Below, one piece after another: positions 1 to 9,723 of a DNA stretch of 64,000 bases. The DNA comes from Chamaesiphon sp. Lineage in GTDB: Bacteria; Cyanobacteriota; Cyanobacteriia; Cyanobacteriales; Chamaesiphonaceae. How positions within the stretch are numbered: position 1 is the first letter of the stretch; the number at the start of each line of letters is the position of its first letter. Under the pieces are notes generated by a model that was not told where the DNA came from, did not search any database, and saw only the letters and a list, made by a program, of their open reading frames with translations. A program made the translations under genes and the position numbers. Where the stretch lies: positions 224,001-288,000 of the forward strand of contig CBDFFH010000005.1 of assembly GCA_965246715.1 (NCBI GenBank). The letters run 5' to 3'.

Positions 1-241
1 GTGCTACAAATAGACCTGCCAGAATGGTAACTCCCTGTGCCAACCGCCCTAACACCATGCCCAAGCTGCGGGCTTCACGGCGATCGCGGGTTAAATTTCT
101 AACCACTTTCTTAATCTGTCTAGCAACGAAGAAAAAGATCGCAAAGACAATTAATGCCAATAACACATTTGGCAACAAGCTGATAAATTCGGTCAGCATT
201 GACTGCATTTTGCCTAAGAGCGTTGATACTTCTATATTCAT
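1..241 (-). CDS. MscS-family mechanosensitive channel, N-terminal part (runs off window)
   Basis: Manual translation MNIEVSTLLGKMQSMLTEFISLLPNVLLALIVFAIFFFVARQIKKVVRNLTRDRREARSLGMVLGRLAQG resembles MscS TM1-TM2. Confidence 0.65.
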   Translation of the reverse strand, partial: MNIEVSTLLGKMQSMLTEFISLLPNVLLALIVFAIFFFVARQIKKVVRNLTRDRREARSLGMVLGRLAQGVTILAGLFVA

Positions 242-307
242 TGTTTAGATACCCTAATTGACCTTTGAATTATATTCACAAACTCTAAAATTAACCTCTG
301 CCTAAGG

Positions 308-445
308 TTATAGATCCTCTCGCCTCAAGCTTTGAATTTCAGTTTGCAAACTGATAATTTCATCTTGCAAAGCCTCGATCGCCCTCGCCCCAGCAATTTC
401 TGCATCATCATCAGCATCTTGTCCGATAAACGGCGTTGCTGAATT
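308..445 (-). pseudogene. 3' remnant of an ion transporter/K+ channel-like gene
   Basis: ATPFIGQDADDDAEIAGARAIEALQDEIISLQTEIQSLRR resembles the C-terminal coiled coil of cyanobacterial ion transporters; no upstream channel domain. Confidence 0.45.
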
Positions 446-500
446 GATGGATGATATGCCGAAGATCGATATTATTTGCAGATTTCTGCCGACAATCCGA

Positions 501-827
501 TTAGATCGATTTCTGAATAGCTTGGATATAAACTTTTTTCGGCTTGAGTCCGACAATTTTTTCAATTAGTCGATCGCCTTTGTATAAAACTACAGTTGGA
601 ACGCTACGAATACATAATTCGATCGCGAGATCTGGCTCCTCAGTCATATCTATTTCAACTAAATGAAAGTTACCATGTTGTTCGGTGGCGAGTTGATGTA
701 AAACAGGTCTGAGGGTATCGCAAGAGCTACAGTGCGGCGCACTAATTTCGAGCAAAATCAGTTTGTCGGATTCACTTTTTAATCGTTCAAAAGCGGCACC
801 ACCTTGGGAAAAAGTTTGAGCTGACAT
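501..827 (-). CDS. Thioredoxin resembling the NTRC Trx domain (atypical CSSC motif)
   Basis: APHCSSC motif, SVPT cis-Pro loop, GGAAFERLKSESDKLIL N-terminus. Confidence 0.8.
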   Translation of the reverse strand: MSAQTFSQGGAAFERLKSESDKLILLEISAPHCSSCDTLRPVLHQLATEQHGNFHLVEIDMTEEPDLAIELCIRSVPTVVLYKGDRLIEKIVGLKPKKVYIQAIQKSI

Positions 828-855
828 AAATAATTACCTCTAGATTATCTGTAAA

Positions 856-1803
856 TTAATGAATTTCTGCTAACCAACGTTCGGCTTCTAGTGCTGCCAT
901 ACAGCCCGTCCCAGCGGCGGTAATCGCTTGACGATAGATGTGGTCTTGGACATCTCCAGCAGCCCAGACTCCGGCAATATTAGTGGCTGTGGATTTACCA
1001 ATGGTTTTGATATAACCTTTGTCATCTAAATCTAAGCTGTCTTGAAAAAGTTGGGTGTTCGGTGTATGTCCGATCGCATAAAATAACCCACCTACTTTTA
1101 ATTCCGTAATTGTGCCAGAAGCTTGGCTCTGAATTTTCACACTCTGGAGCACATCATCACCATTAGCTTCGATCGGTAATGCTTGCCAATGCACTCGAAT
1201 TTTGTCGTGGTTTAAAACTCGTTTCTGCATAATTTTAGAAGCACGCAAGCGATCGCTTCTGACTAATAAATGAACTTTACTCGCATATTTTGTGAGATAT
1301 AGAGCTTCTTCTGCTGCCGAATCACCCCCACCAACTACGGCAATTTCCACATCTTTAAATAACGGATTTGTGCCATCACAAATTGCACAGGCAGAAATCC
1401 CATTATTCCAGAATTTATCTTCGCCAGGGATATATAATCGCCGTGCAGCTGCCCCAGTACAAATAATTACCGCCTGAGTTTTTACTTCGAGATCGTCAGT
1501 AGCGATCGAAAAAGGTCTTTGGCTAAAATCCACATTCACCACATCATCGGCGATCGATTTAGCACCCCACCGAATCGCCTGTTGGCGCATTTCTTTCATC
1601 AATTGTGGCCCTTGAATTCCCTCCGCAAATCCAGGGAAATTCTCGACTTCGGTAGTTGTCATCAATTGACCTCCGGGCAATCCTCCCGCTGCAAACCCTT
1701 CAAACATAATGGGTCGTAGTTGAGCGCGTCCGGCATAGATTGCTGCTGTATAACCTGCTGGTCCCGAACCAATTATCACTAGTTGTTCGATCGTGTTTTT
1801 CAT
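856..1803 (-). CDS. trxB: NADPH-dependent thioredoxin reductase (NTRC-type NTR module)
   Basis: [43 protein letters not shown] and QAITAAG motifs. Confidence 0.95.
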   Translation of the reverse strand: MKNTIEQLVIIGSGPAGYTAAIYAGRAQLRPIMFEGFAAGGLPGGQLMTTTEVENFPGFAEGIQGPQLMKEMRQQAIRWGAKSIADDVVNVDFSQRPFSIATDDLEVKTQAVIICTGAAARRLYIPGEDKFWNNGISACAICDGTNPLFKDVEIAVVGGGDSAAEEALYLTKYASKVHLLVRSDRLRASKIMQKRVLNHDKIRVHWQALPIEANGDDVLQSVKIQSQASGTITELKVGGLFYAIGHTPNTQLFQDSLDLDDKGYIKTIGKSTATNIAGVWAAGDVQDHIYRQAITAAGTGCMAALEAERWLAEIH

Positions 1804-1806
1804 ATA

Positions 1807-2682
1807 TTAATTAGTCGGCAAAAACCACTGTACGCCAGTAAACACATAATAAATCCCTGCCAAAATCAAAGCCACACTCCCAAATTTGGTAATGCTTTCT
1901 GAATATTTCAATAGTAAGTTTGCTTGCTTGGCAAAACCAGTGAGTAAACTAGCTAAAAAGATAATGATGGTATAACCAAAGGCGTAACTTGCCATTGTTA
2001 ATACAGCAAGTAATTGCGAACCACTAGCACCTGCGGCGGCTAGCACTGCAAATAGAACCGGACTCGCACAGGGCGAACTAACTAAAGCAAAAGTCAAACC
2101 CACACCAAAGGGACCAAAATTAGCACCATCGAGATTAATTTCTGGCAAAGGAATCTTAATCCAGCCCATTAAACCAAAACCCATAATCAGAATAATCGCG
2201 CCGACAATGACATTAATATGTCCGCGATATTCCACCATTACCGTGCCAGCAAAAGAAGATGCTAAACCAAAGAGACTGAGGATAATAACATTTCCTAAAA
2301 CAAATAATCCAGCTTTAAGGAAAGCATCACCACGAGACTTAATATTACGGGTGCCGATATAGCTTAAATTAAGTGGTAATATTGCTAAAATGCAGGGAGA
2401 AACACTAGCAATTAAGCCCCCAATCAAAGCTAGTGGCATGAGTACGAGTGGATTGGCAGTATCTTGTTTAGAAAACCATTCTTGGTAGCGGTTTTCAACG
2501 AATGAAATCAGGTGTTCGAGTCCTTGAGAGATAGGGCCAGTAATCAGTAAAGCTAGTACTAATCCTAATAATCCTAGTCCGCCAAATATCAGCCATTTCC
2601 TAGGTAGCTTTTGAATGATTTTTTTAATTCCAACTGGTTGTGAATTGACATTAATGATGTCATGCTCTTGGTTTGGTTTCAT
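1807..2682 (-). CDS. ccdA: CcdA/DsbD-type transmembrane electron transporter
   Basis: SPCIL and SSPCASP cysteine motifs, multiple TM helices. Confidence 0.85.
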   Translation of the reverse strand: MKPNQEHDIINVNSQPVGIKKIIQKLPRKWLIFGGLGLLGLVLALLITGPISQGLEHLISFVENRYQEWFSKQDTANPLVLMPLALIGGLIASVSPCILAILPLNLSYIGTRNIKSRGDAFLKAGLFVLGNVIILSLFGLASSFAGTVMVEYRGHINVIVGAIILIMGFGLMGWIKIPLPEINLDGANFGPFGVGLTFALVSSPCASPVLFAVLAAAGASGSQLLAVLTMASYAFGYTIIIFLASLLTGFAKQANLLLKYSESITKFGSVALILAGIYYVFTGVQWFLPTN

Positions 2683-2712
2683 AATATTCTCCTGGAATTG
2701 CTAGAATATGTT

Positions 2713-2882
2713 TTACTTAGCGATCGCTACATCTAAAACCTTGGTATAAGCATCTATGGCGGGATTGTTACGATGCTGTGCTAAGATATTTCCCGTTGCT
2801 GGATCGACAATAGTTAGGGAACCAGTTTGAGTTTTATTTGTGGCTAAAAATTCGCTGAGTCCTAGTTCTTTAGCTTTCGCTA
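2713..2882 (-). pseudogene. 5'-deleted second copy of the exported thioredoxin gene
   Basis: AKAKELGLSEFLATNKTQTGSLTIVDPATGNILAQHRNNP matches the C-terminus of 2969..3469; the WCPAC region is absent. Confidence 0.8.
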
Positions 2883-2968
2883 TAAAAGGTAGCGTTAACA
2901 AATGAATCGATCGGATGTATTTCTGGACTCGATCGAGCAGCCAAGTCCAGAAACATCCAGACAACCTG

Positions 2969-3469
2969 CTACTTGCTGGCTAGGGCTGTATCCAATACAC
3001 TTGTATAATCAGCTTTGTTAGGGTTATTACGATGTTGTGCCAAGATTTTGCCCGTAGCTGGATCGACAACAGTTAGCGATCCTGTTTGAGTTTTATTAGC
3101 AGCAAAAAACTTACTGAGTCCAAGTTTTTTAGCTGTTGCTTCAGCTTTGGCAGCACTGGATTTATCAGACACATCTAAGACGACAAAATTAACTTTACCT
3201 GCATATTGTTGTTTCAGTTGGGAGACAGTAGGCGCAATATTTTTACAAGCAGGACACCAACTAGCGTAAATATCCACAACTACTGGTTTGCCTTGCAATT
3301 GTTGAGCGAGTGGCCCACCCACAGAACTTGCAGAACTACTATTTTTAGCAGCACAAGGATTAACTTTCGAGGCACAAGGATTGGCGACAGAGCTAGATGA
3401 ATTGACTGCTACAGCTCCCAAGCTAAGTAGAGAGATAATCGCAAAAGTGGCTAGAGACTTAATTTTCAT
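2969..3469 (-). CDS. Exported thioredoxin-like protein
   Basis: Signal peptide, NPCA repeats, WCPAC active site; likely start MKIKS. Confidence 0.85.
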   Translation of the reverse strand: MKIKSLATFAIISLLSLGAVAVNSSSSVANPCASKVNPCAAKNSSSASSVGGPLAQQLQGKPVVVDIYASWCPACKNIAPTVSQLKQQYAGKVNFVVLDVSDKSSAAKAEATAKKLGLSKFFAANKTQTGSLTVVDPATGKILAQHRNNPNKADYTSVLDTALASK

Positions 3470-3615
3470 GATTTTTCCTAGATAGAAGAAAGTAAACCGA
3501 ATCAAACAACCGAAAGATCCTGAGTCCGAACATGGATATGCCGCGATCGAACTTTACAGGATGGTTGTTTAGTTTGAAGTGACTGCCTGAAATATTAGGC
3601 TTGCCGATGAACTTA

Positions 3616-3670
3616 ATTAAAAGGGATGAAGATGAGTCGGAGATGAAGATGAGATGGAGATTGAATAAAA
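3616..3670 (-). promoter_or_regulatory. 11-bp-period hexamer boxes plus -10 for the trx-ccdA-trxB operon
   Basis: Reverse strand ttttat-N5-ctccat-N5-cttcat-N5-actcat-N10-tttaat. Confidence 0.6.
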
Positions 3671-3761
3671 CTTGAAGATCGATCCCTAAAAGCTACGCTC
3701 GGCGAGAGATCGGAGGTTTGATAATTTGAAATCGAATTTCAGTCGATCGAGAATTATCGGT

Positions 3762-3816
3762 CTTCATCAAAACTTTATCTGGGCATCAGTTCTGACTCAT
3801 CTAAATTCCCCATATT
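3762..3816 (+). promoter_or_regulatory. 11-bp-period hexamer boxes plus -10 for the cupin-HK-RR operon
   Basis: cttcat-N5-ctttat-N5-catcag-N5-actcat-N10-catatt. Confidence 0.6.
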
Positions 3817-3871
3817 CCGCTTACACTAGGAGCTAGAGCAGATGAGCTAGGAATAAAGTAGGCGAGAGCAG

Positions 3872-4498
3872 ATGTCAAATTGCGATTGGTTAGTTACAAA
3901 TGAGAGTCAATGCGTGCCTTTAGAAGGTAAAGCACAATCGATCGCGACCAAAACATATTGGGCGGAAAAACCTTATCGGCTCCATCGCTTTCTCACTGAT
4001 GTTGAGGATATTATTTGGCACGAAAGTGACGATCGAGTGCGGCTCCAAAAAATCTGTCCGTTAGTCCGCAGATTACTTAATAGCTCGGAATGGATCTTAA
4101 CCAATTTTTCGCACCCCGATCCTGAAACTGGGTGGTCGGTTCAGCTTCATTATGACGAACCGGATTTCCCAATTACCGTTCAGACAGTGGTGTGGTCGCC
4201 CCAGAGTGTTTCTCCCATCCACAATCATGCTAGCTGGGGAATTGTGGCGATGTTAGACGGACAGGAGCAGAATACCTTTTATCAACGATCGCCGACATCA
4301 GAATTACCCGATTTCATCGATCGAACCGGATCGCACCTGCTAACTCCAGGTGATATTCTCTGCTTGATGCCAGAGGCAATTCACCAAATTAAAGCGAACG
4401 GTGATGAACCGACGATTAGCTTTAATGTCTATGGCGTGACTGACTACGATCGACGCTTTGAATTTAATTTAGAACAGCATACTGCGGCTATTTTCTAA
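3872..4498 (+). CDS. Cysteine-dioxygenase-like cupin
   Basis: SPIHNHASWG and downstream AIHQ give a three-His cupin site; TAATG overlap with the kinase gene. Confidence 0.8.
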   Translation: MSNCDWLVTNESQCVPLEGKAQSIATKTYWAEKPYRLHRFLTDVEDIIWHESDDRVRLQKICPLVRRLLNSSEWILTNFSHPDPETGWSVQLHYDEPDFPITVQTVVWSPQSVSPIHNHASWGIVAMLDGQEQNTFYQRSPTSELPDFIDRTGSHLLTPGDILCLMPEAIHQIKANGDEPTISFNVYGVTDYDRRFEFNLEQHTAAIF

Positions 4499-5937
4499 TG
4501 CACCATTCATTCATCAAAGCGATCGGTAATGTATTTGGCAAACGAATTTCACCAACTTCGCTTCAGTTTCGCTTGAGTGTCGAATCGATCGCCATCGCGA
4601 TCGTTAGTTTGAGTTGTGTCTCCCTTTGGGCTGGTTGGAGAATGGAGCAAACATTGATTACCACCAATAAACAGCTCCTGGAATATATCGCGACTCGCTT
4701 TCCCGAACAAGTGGAAATGTATATGGAGACTGGCGGATTGGCAGCGGGGATCGAACGCACAACCAAAAAGGTGACGACATCAGGATTAGCGATTTTAGTC
4801 CAGAGTCCCGATGGGCGGCTGCTGGGTAAGTCCGCAAACAATGATTCAGCTCCCGATAACGCCCAGATTATTAAATCGATCGTGGTACCGACAACTCCCC
4901 AAATAATTCAGTTTCGCGGACGTTCGATCGTCCTGTGCGGTAACGATCTGATGATTAATAGTAAATTAGTCGGTAAAGTCTATCTTTCCAAAGACGTTAC
5001 CACCGAACAGAATGACCTCAATCAGAGTATCTATGGTTTGGCGATCGTCAGTATTTTGGCAACCGCGATCGCGATCCTCGCGATCGTTCACCGCGTTCGC
5101 AAAACTCTAGATCCCCTTGCCCAAATTAGCCATATTGCCAGTGTGGTATCGATCGAAGATCTGAAATCATCTTCACTCCAACTCGATCGCGCACCCGATG
5201 AAATTCAAGGATTAGTCAGAGCTTTTAATCAGATGCTGCTGCGATTATCCGCGACTTGGGAACAGCAACGTCAATTTGTGGGCAATGTATCGCACGAATT
5301 ACGCACACCATTAACCACGATCGGCGGCTATCTCCAAAGTTTACTGCTCAGGGGCGATAATCTGAGTACTTATCAACAACAAGCGATCGCCACCGCTAGT
5401 GCTGAAACCACGCGTACCATTCAAATGCTCCAAGACTTGCTAGACTTAGCCAGAGCTGATAGTGGCAATTTGCACTTTCGTCAAAGTCCGGTATTTCTGA
5501 ATACATTGCTAGTCGAAGTAGCTGCTATGAGCGAAAATGTCAGCGGTCGATCGGTGAAACTACTACCAACCGATTATGATGTTGTCGCTTTAGCCGACCA
5601 AGATCGACTCCAGCAGGTATTAATCAATTTAGTGGATAATGCGATTAAGTACTCAGCAGATGCTGTCGAGATTAAACTCGAAACTAGAGACAATCTGGCG
5701 ATCGTCCAGGTGTGCGATCGGGGGATTGGGATTCCATTAGAGCATCAAAGTCGGATTTTTGAGCGGTTTTATCGGGCTGATGGAGCTGAAACTCGCTCTA
5801 GGGATGGTACTGGTTTAGGACTAGCGATCGCCAAAAGCTTAATTGAAGGCATGAATGGTAAGATTACGCTGCAATCGCAACCAAACGCAGGTTGTACTTT
5901 TACGATCGCTTTACCGATCTGGAAATCTCAATCATGA
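4498..5937 (+). CDS. Membrane sensor histidine kinase (HAMP-HisKA-HATPase)
   Basis: Two TM helices, SHELRTPL, NLVDNAIKY, DRGIGI, GTGLGL. Confidence 0.95.
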   Translation: MHHSFIKAIGNVFGKRISPTSLQFRLSVESIAIAIVSLSCVSLWAGWRMEQTLITTNKQLLEYIATRFPEQVEMYMETGGLAAGIERTTKKVTTSGLAILVQSPDGRLLGKSANNDSAPDNAQIIKSIVVPTTPQIIQFRGRSIVLCGNDLMINSKLVGKVYLSKDVTTEQNDLNQSIYGLAIVSILATAIAILAIVHRVRKTLDPLAQISHIASVVSIEDLKSSSLQLDRAPDEIQGLVRAFNQMLLRLSATWEQQRQFVGNVSHELRTPLTTIGGYLQSLLLRGDNLSTYQQQAIATASAETTRTIQMLQDLLDLARADSGNLHFRQSPVFLNTLLVEVAAMSENVSGRSVKLLPTDYDVVALADQDRLQQVLINLVDNAIKYSADAVEIKLETRDNLAIVQVCDRGIGIPLEHQSRIFERFYRADGAETRSRDGTGLGLAIAKSLIEGMNGKITLQSQPNAGCTFTIALPIWKSQS

Positions 5938-6614
5938 AGGAACATATTCTGTTAGTTGAAGATGACCCCAAATTGGCAGAGTTTATTGCAGCAGAACTCA
6001 GTTTGGAAGGTTATCGAGTGACAATTGCTACTAGTGGTATGGAGGGATTGACGATCGCTCGCGATACGCCACCAGATTCGATCGTTTTAGATTGGATGCT
6101 GCCGGAAATGTCGGGATTAGATGTTTGTCTGCGGTTGCGAAAAACAGGCTGTAAGATCCCAATTATCATGCTGACTGCTAAAGATGAAGTACCCGATCGA
6201 GTTACTGCCTTGAATGCTGGAGCCGATGACTATCTCACCAAACCTTTTAGCATTGCCGAACTGATTGCCAGGATTAATGCCAGACTCCGGCGGATGTATC
6301 CAGTACTTGATGACAATTTGCAATTTGAAGATCTGAGCTTAAATCGGCTCTCGCGAGAAGTCTATCGTGCCGAACAAAGGATCGAACTTACTGCCAAAGA
6401 GTTCGACTTACTCGAATTTATGTTGCGGCATTTGCAGCAAGTCTTGACTCGCGAACAAATCCTGGAAGCCGTCTGGGGTTATGACTTTGTGGGCGAATCA
6501 AATATCATCGAAGTCTACATTCGCGCGCTGCGGATCAAATTAGAAGTAAGTAATTCTAAGCGACTCTTGCATACAGTGCGCGGCGTTGGTTACGTCTTAC
6601 GCGATCGGGGTTGA
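5934..6614 (+). CDS. OmpR-family response regulator
   Basis: LLVEDD, LDWMLP, GADDYLTKPF, LHTVRGVGY; ATG overlaps the kinase stop. Confidence 0.95.
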   Translation: MKEHILLVEDDPKLAEFIAAELSLEGYRVTIATSGMEGLTIARDTPPDSIVLDWMLPEMSGLDVCLRLRKTGCKIPIIMLTAKDEVPDRVTALNAGADDYLTKPFSIAELIARINARLRRMYPVLDDNLQFEDLSLNRLSREVYRAEQRIELTAKEFDLLEFMLRHLQQVLTREQILEAVWGYDFVGESNIIEVYIRALRIKLEVSNSKRLLHTVRGVGYVLRDRG

Positions 6615-6693
6615 GTATTTTTTGCGCTGCTAAATTTGGGTATGAAACACCCAAATAACTCGATCGATTAATTGTCATGATTTATACAGAAAG

Positions 6694-6748
6694 CTTTATT
6701 TAATATCCATCCTATCTTCATCTGAGACTCATTTTTCTGAACTTTAAT
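6694..6748 (+). promoter_or_regulatory. 11-bp-period hexamer boxes plus -10 upstream of the spondin gene
   Basis: ctttat-N5-atccat-N5-cttcat-N5-actcat-N10-tttaat. Confidence 0.6.
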
Positions 6749-6905
6749 CTACTGTAATGCGAAAAATCTTGCTGTGGCTGGTAAATCTCGATCGGGCAAG
6801 GTGTTAGCGTTATTGACGCTCGTACCCAAAGCGAGAAGGATTGCCCCCATTCGAGCATGAATTTTTTTTAGCAGTCACGATCGCATCATTACTCACAAAA
6901 AAACC

Positions 6906-8042
6906 ATGCAAACTCAACTCACAATTGAAGTCGAAAATCTCGCGCCTGCGAATGGTGTCTTTATCGCGCCTGTCTGGTTTGGATTTCACAATGGCAAATT
7001 TGACACCTTCGATCTCGGTCGCCCTGCATCGCTAGGCATCGAGCGAGTTGCTGAAGATGCTAGTGCTACTGTTATCAGTACTGAGTTTACTCAATCGGGG
7101 TTTGGCACTGTTCAAGGTGTCACTCGGCGAGCAGCAGGTGCTCAGGGTCCGATCGCTCCGGCTGAAACTTCTTCTCTTACCGTGACTTTAGACTCCAGCA
7201 ACCCCAACAGTCGCTACTTCAACTATGCAGCGATGGTGGTTCCTAGTAATGATTTTTTCTTTGCTAATGACGACCAACGCGAAAATCAGATCTTTGATGC
7301 CAAGGGTAACTTCCTCGGCGCAGATTTCACTATACTGGGTAGTGAAATTTTAGATGCTGGTACCGAAGTCAATGATGAGGTTCCTGCGAATACTGCTTTT
7401 TTTGGGCAAACAACTCCAAATACGGGCGTGACTGAAAATGGTGTCATTCGGACGGCAACGGGCTTTATCCCTGGCGGTGCCATCCTGAATACGCCTCGGT
7501 TTGCCAATGTTGACTTTACCAAACCCAATTACCAAGTCGCTCGAATCCGCATTTTTAATACCATTAATGGTACTGATGGTGCAGACAACCTGACAGGCAC
7601 TAACAAGGACGATTTGATTAACGGCGGCGCAGGTGACGATAAGTTGTTTGGTGGCGCAGGTAACGACAAGTTGTTCGGTGGCTTGGGCAATGACACTCTC
7701 AATGGCGGTATTGGCGACGATATCTTGTTCGGTGGTGAGGGCAATGACACCCTGCTTGGTGGGGCTGGTGACGATCGCCTCTTCGGCGGTACTGGCTTCA
7801 ATACCCTTACGGGTGGTGTTGGTCGCGATGTATTTGGACTCGCTGCGGGTGCTGGTGTCGATACCATTACTGACTTTAACCTGGGCAGCGGCGATCGGTT
7901 GAGTTTGGCAAGTGGTTTGAAATTTAGCGATTTGACTATTTCTGGAGTTGGTCGGAATACGATCGTGAGCTTTGGTAATGATGAGCTGGCAATTTTGAAA
8001 AATGTCAGTGCTGCCAGCATTACTAGTACTGCTTTTGCCTAA
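6906..8042 (+). CDS. Spondin_N-domain protein with C-terminal RTX Ca-binding repeats
   Basis: MVVPSNDFF and LDAGTEVNDE spondin motifs; GGxGxDxL nonapeptides. Confidence 0.85.
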   Translation: MQTQLTIEVENLAPANGVFIAPVWFGFHNGKFDTFDLGRPASLGIERVAEDASATVISTEFTQSGFGTVQGVTRRAAGAQGPIAPAETSSLTVTLDSSNPNSRYFNYAAMVVPSNDFFFANDDQRENQIFDAKGNFLGADFTILGSEILDAGTEVNDEVPANTAFFGQTTPNTGVTENGVIRTATGFIPGGAILNTPRFANVDFTKPNYQVARIRIFNTINGTDGADNLTGTNKDDLINGGAGDDKLFGGAGNDKLFGGLGNDTLNGGIGDDILFGGEGNDTLLGGAGDDRLFGGTGFNTLTGGVGRDVFGLAAGAGVDTITDFNLGSGDRLSLASGLKFSDLTISGVGRNTIVSFGNDELAILKNVSAASITSTAFA

Positions 8043-8090
8043 ACCACTTAAAAAATAGTTGTTATAGCTCAGATCTAGATTTGAGAGTTC

Positions 8091-8122
8091 GGCATCTTGC
8101 TCGATCGATCGAGCAAGATGCC
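8091..8122. terminator. Perfect 32-bp palindrome, probable terminator
   Basis: ggcatcttgctcgatcgatcgagcaagatgcc, about 50 bp after the spondin stop. Confidence 0.6.
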
Positions 8123-8132
8123 CGAAATCATC

Positions 8133-8235
8133 CAATACGGTTCGGTTAATGCAAAATTGCTAAGTTTGGCTAATGAAACAATGCGGCATCTAACCCATTC
8201 GGATGTATCACGGAGAGCTTATCCGAACTGTATTG
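8133..8235. mobile_element. MITE (103 bp) with 10-bp target-site duplication
   Basis: TIRs caatacggttcggttaa / ttatccgaactgtattg; cgaaatcatc on both flanks (8123-8132, 8236-8245). Confidence 0.85.
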
Positions 8236-8476
8236 CGAAATCATCGATCGCGTAGAATTGACATGTAGGATTATCAGCTAAAACCCACACCAACATTGAG
8301 TTAATGTCCAACCTGCTCAATTTCTCAGTAATTGTCTGTACCAAACAACGCCCAAGACCTTTTCTTTGATGAGTTTGCAAAATGTAAAAAGTGATTATTC
8401 CTTTAACAATGCTCTAAATCCCGCCTGCTGAAAATGGGTATCGGCAGTCAGTGAGTCAGTATATTACTGGAGAACG

Positions 8477-8970
8477 ATCGCGATCCCTGTTCGTGTGTCT
8501 TCTACCAACCTACATTTTCAGCAGCAAATCGCGATCGGCGATTTTCAACTTCTCGTCGATGAACCGCTCGAACTAGGTGGCGATGATACAGGAGCAGATC
8601 CGTTTAGCTATGTGCTAGCTGGATTGGGAGCCTGCAAAGCAATTACCTTACAGCACTTCCGGCTATCATGAGGTACATTTTTATCCTTAACCTCCTCAGT
8701 GACTAACTTTTAGCGATTAGATTGTACCCCATAGCTGCCGGAAGTGCTGTAAAGATGTATGCCGAGCGCAAAGGCTGGTTGCTACGAGATGTTGTTGTCG
8801 ATCTGGTACATGAGAAATCACCAGAGGGACAGTCTCGAATTATCGTGCAACTCCAACTAGAGGGAGAATTGACAACCGAGCAACGACAAAGACTCGCAGA
8901 AATTGCGGATAAATGTCCCGTTCATAAGCTGCTTATTGCTGAAGTTGATATTCAAACCAGACTGTACTAA
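8477..8970 (+). pseudogene. OsmC-family protein interrupted by a MITE
   Basis: DEPLELGGDDTGADP...LGACKAITL, insert, then KMYAERKGW...ADKCPVH. Confidence 0.9.
8651..8749. mobile_element. IS630-type MITE (99 bp, TA duplication)
   Basis: TA-cagcacttccggc...gccggaagtgctg-TA; removal restores ACC TTA AAG ATG in frame. Confidence 0.9.
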
Positions 8971-9369
8971 TTTTCCGATAATTTCGTCTGCACAGTGTTT
9001 CAGATCGCCGAATAGAGGTGTCCGATCGAATTCATCATCACTGAATTTTACATTTTAAATGTGAGTAAGCTGTGAGGAAACCATCAATTCTCTCGTTTAT
9101 TTTTTAGATTCCAGCAGTCACAAACTGATGTTAGCACAAGCTTTGAGCTTGCAATTAAATGAAATAAACAATATCGATCGACTATATATTTCGCAAATAC
9201 ATGACTACAATATTGCGAATTATTAAGGTAATTTGACTCTATGTCTTTAGGATGAGGACTTCGCCAGTTCGATTGATTAATCTAAATATTAGATAGCTTT
9301 AGCCTGCCTAGAATTTATGCTAGAAATAGCAAGCGATCGCAAATTTTGATGTATTTAACAACTAATGTT

Positions 9370-9717
9370 ATGAACAAAATAATGCTGCTATTACTGGTAT
9401 GTACGGGATTTGTCGCAAGCGTACCAATGAGCGCAAAAGCACTAGCTCCACAAATAGTTAACCAGAACCTGCATGGAGAAACAAACCTATTAATAGCCCA
9501 GGATCGTGACAACCGAAATCGCAATCGTCAGTTTACTGTTTATTACCGCAGTTCCAACGATCGCCGATGGACTCTAGAAGGTTCGCATACCGATCGTCGC
9601 GATGCCGAACGTGCCGCCCGAAGACTAGAGCGTCGCGGTTATAAAACATACGTTCAGATGAGTCGAGAAGCCAATCGTGGCATGATGGGTCGCGATCGCG
9701 GCATGATGAATCGCTAA
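9370..9717 (+). CDS. Hypothetical secreted Arg-rich protein
   Basis: Signal peptide ending in AKA; RGMM repeats at the C-terminus. Confidence 0.6.
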   Translation: MNKIMLLLLVCTGFVASVPMSAKALAPQIVNQNLHGETNLLIAQDRDNRNRNRQFTVYYRSSNDRRWTLEGSHTDRRDAERAARRLERRGYKTYVQMSREANRGMMGRDRGMMNR

Positions 9718-9723
9718 ACCAAC

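Noticed and set aside
7286..8135. Long antisense ORFs (261, 163 and 80 aa) over the spondin-RTX gene
   Set aside because: Shadow frames of a repetitive Gly-rich coding sequence with no motifs of their own.
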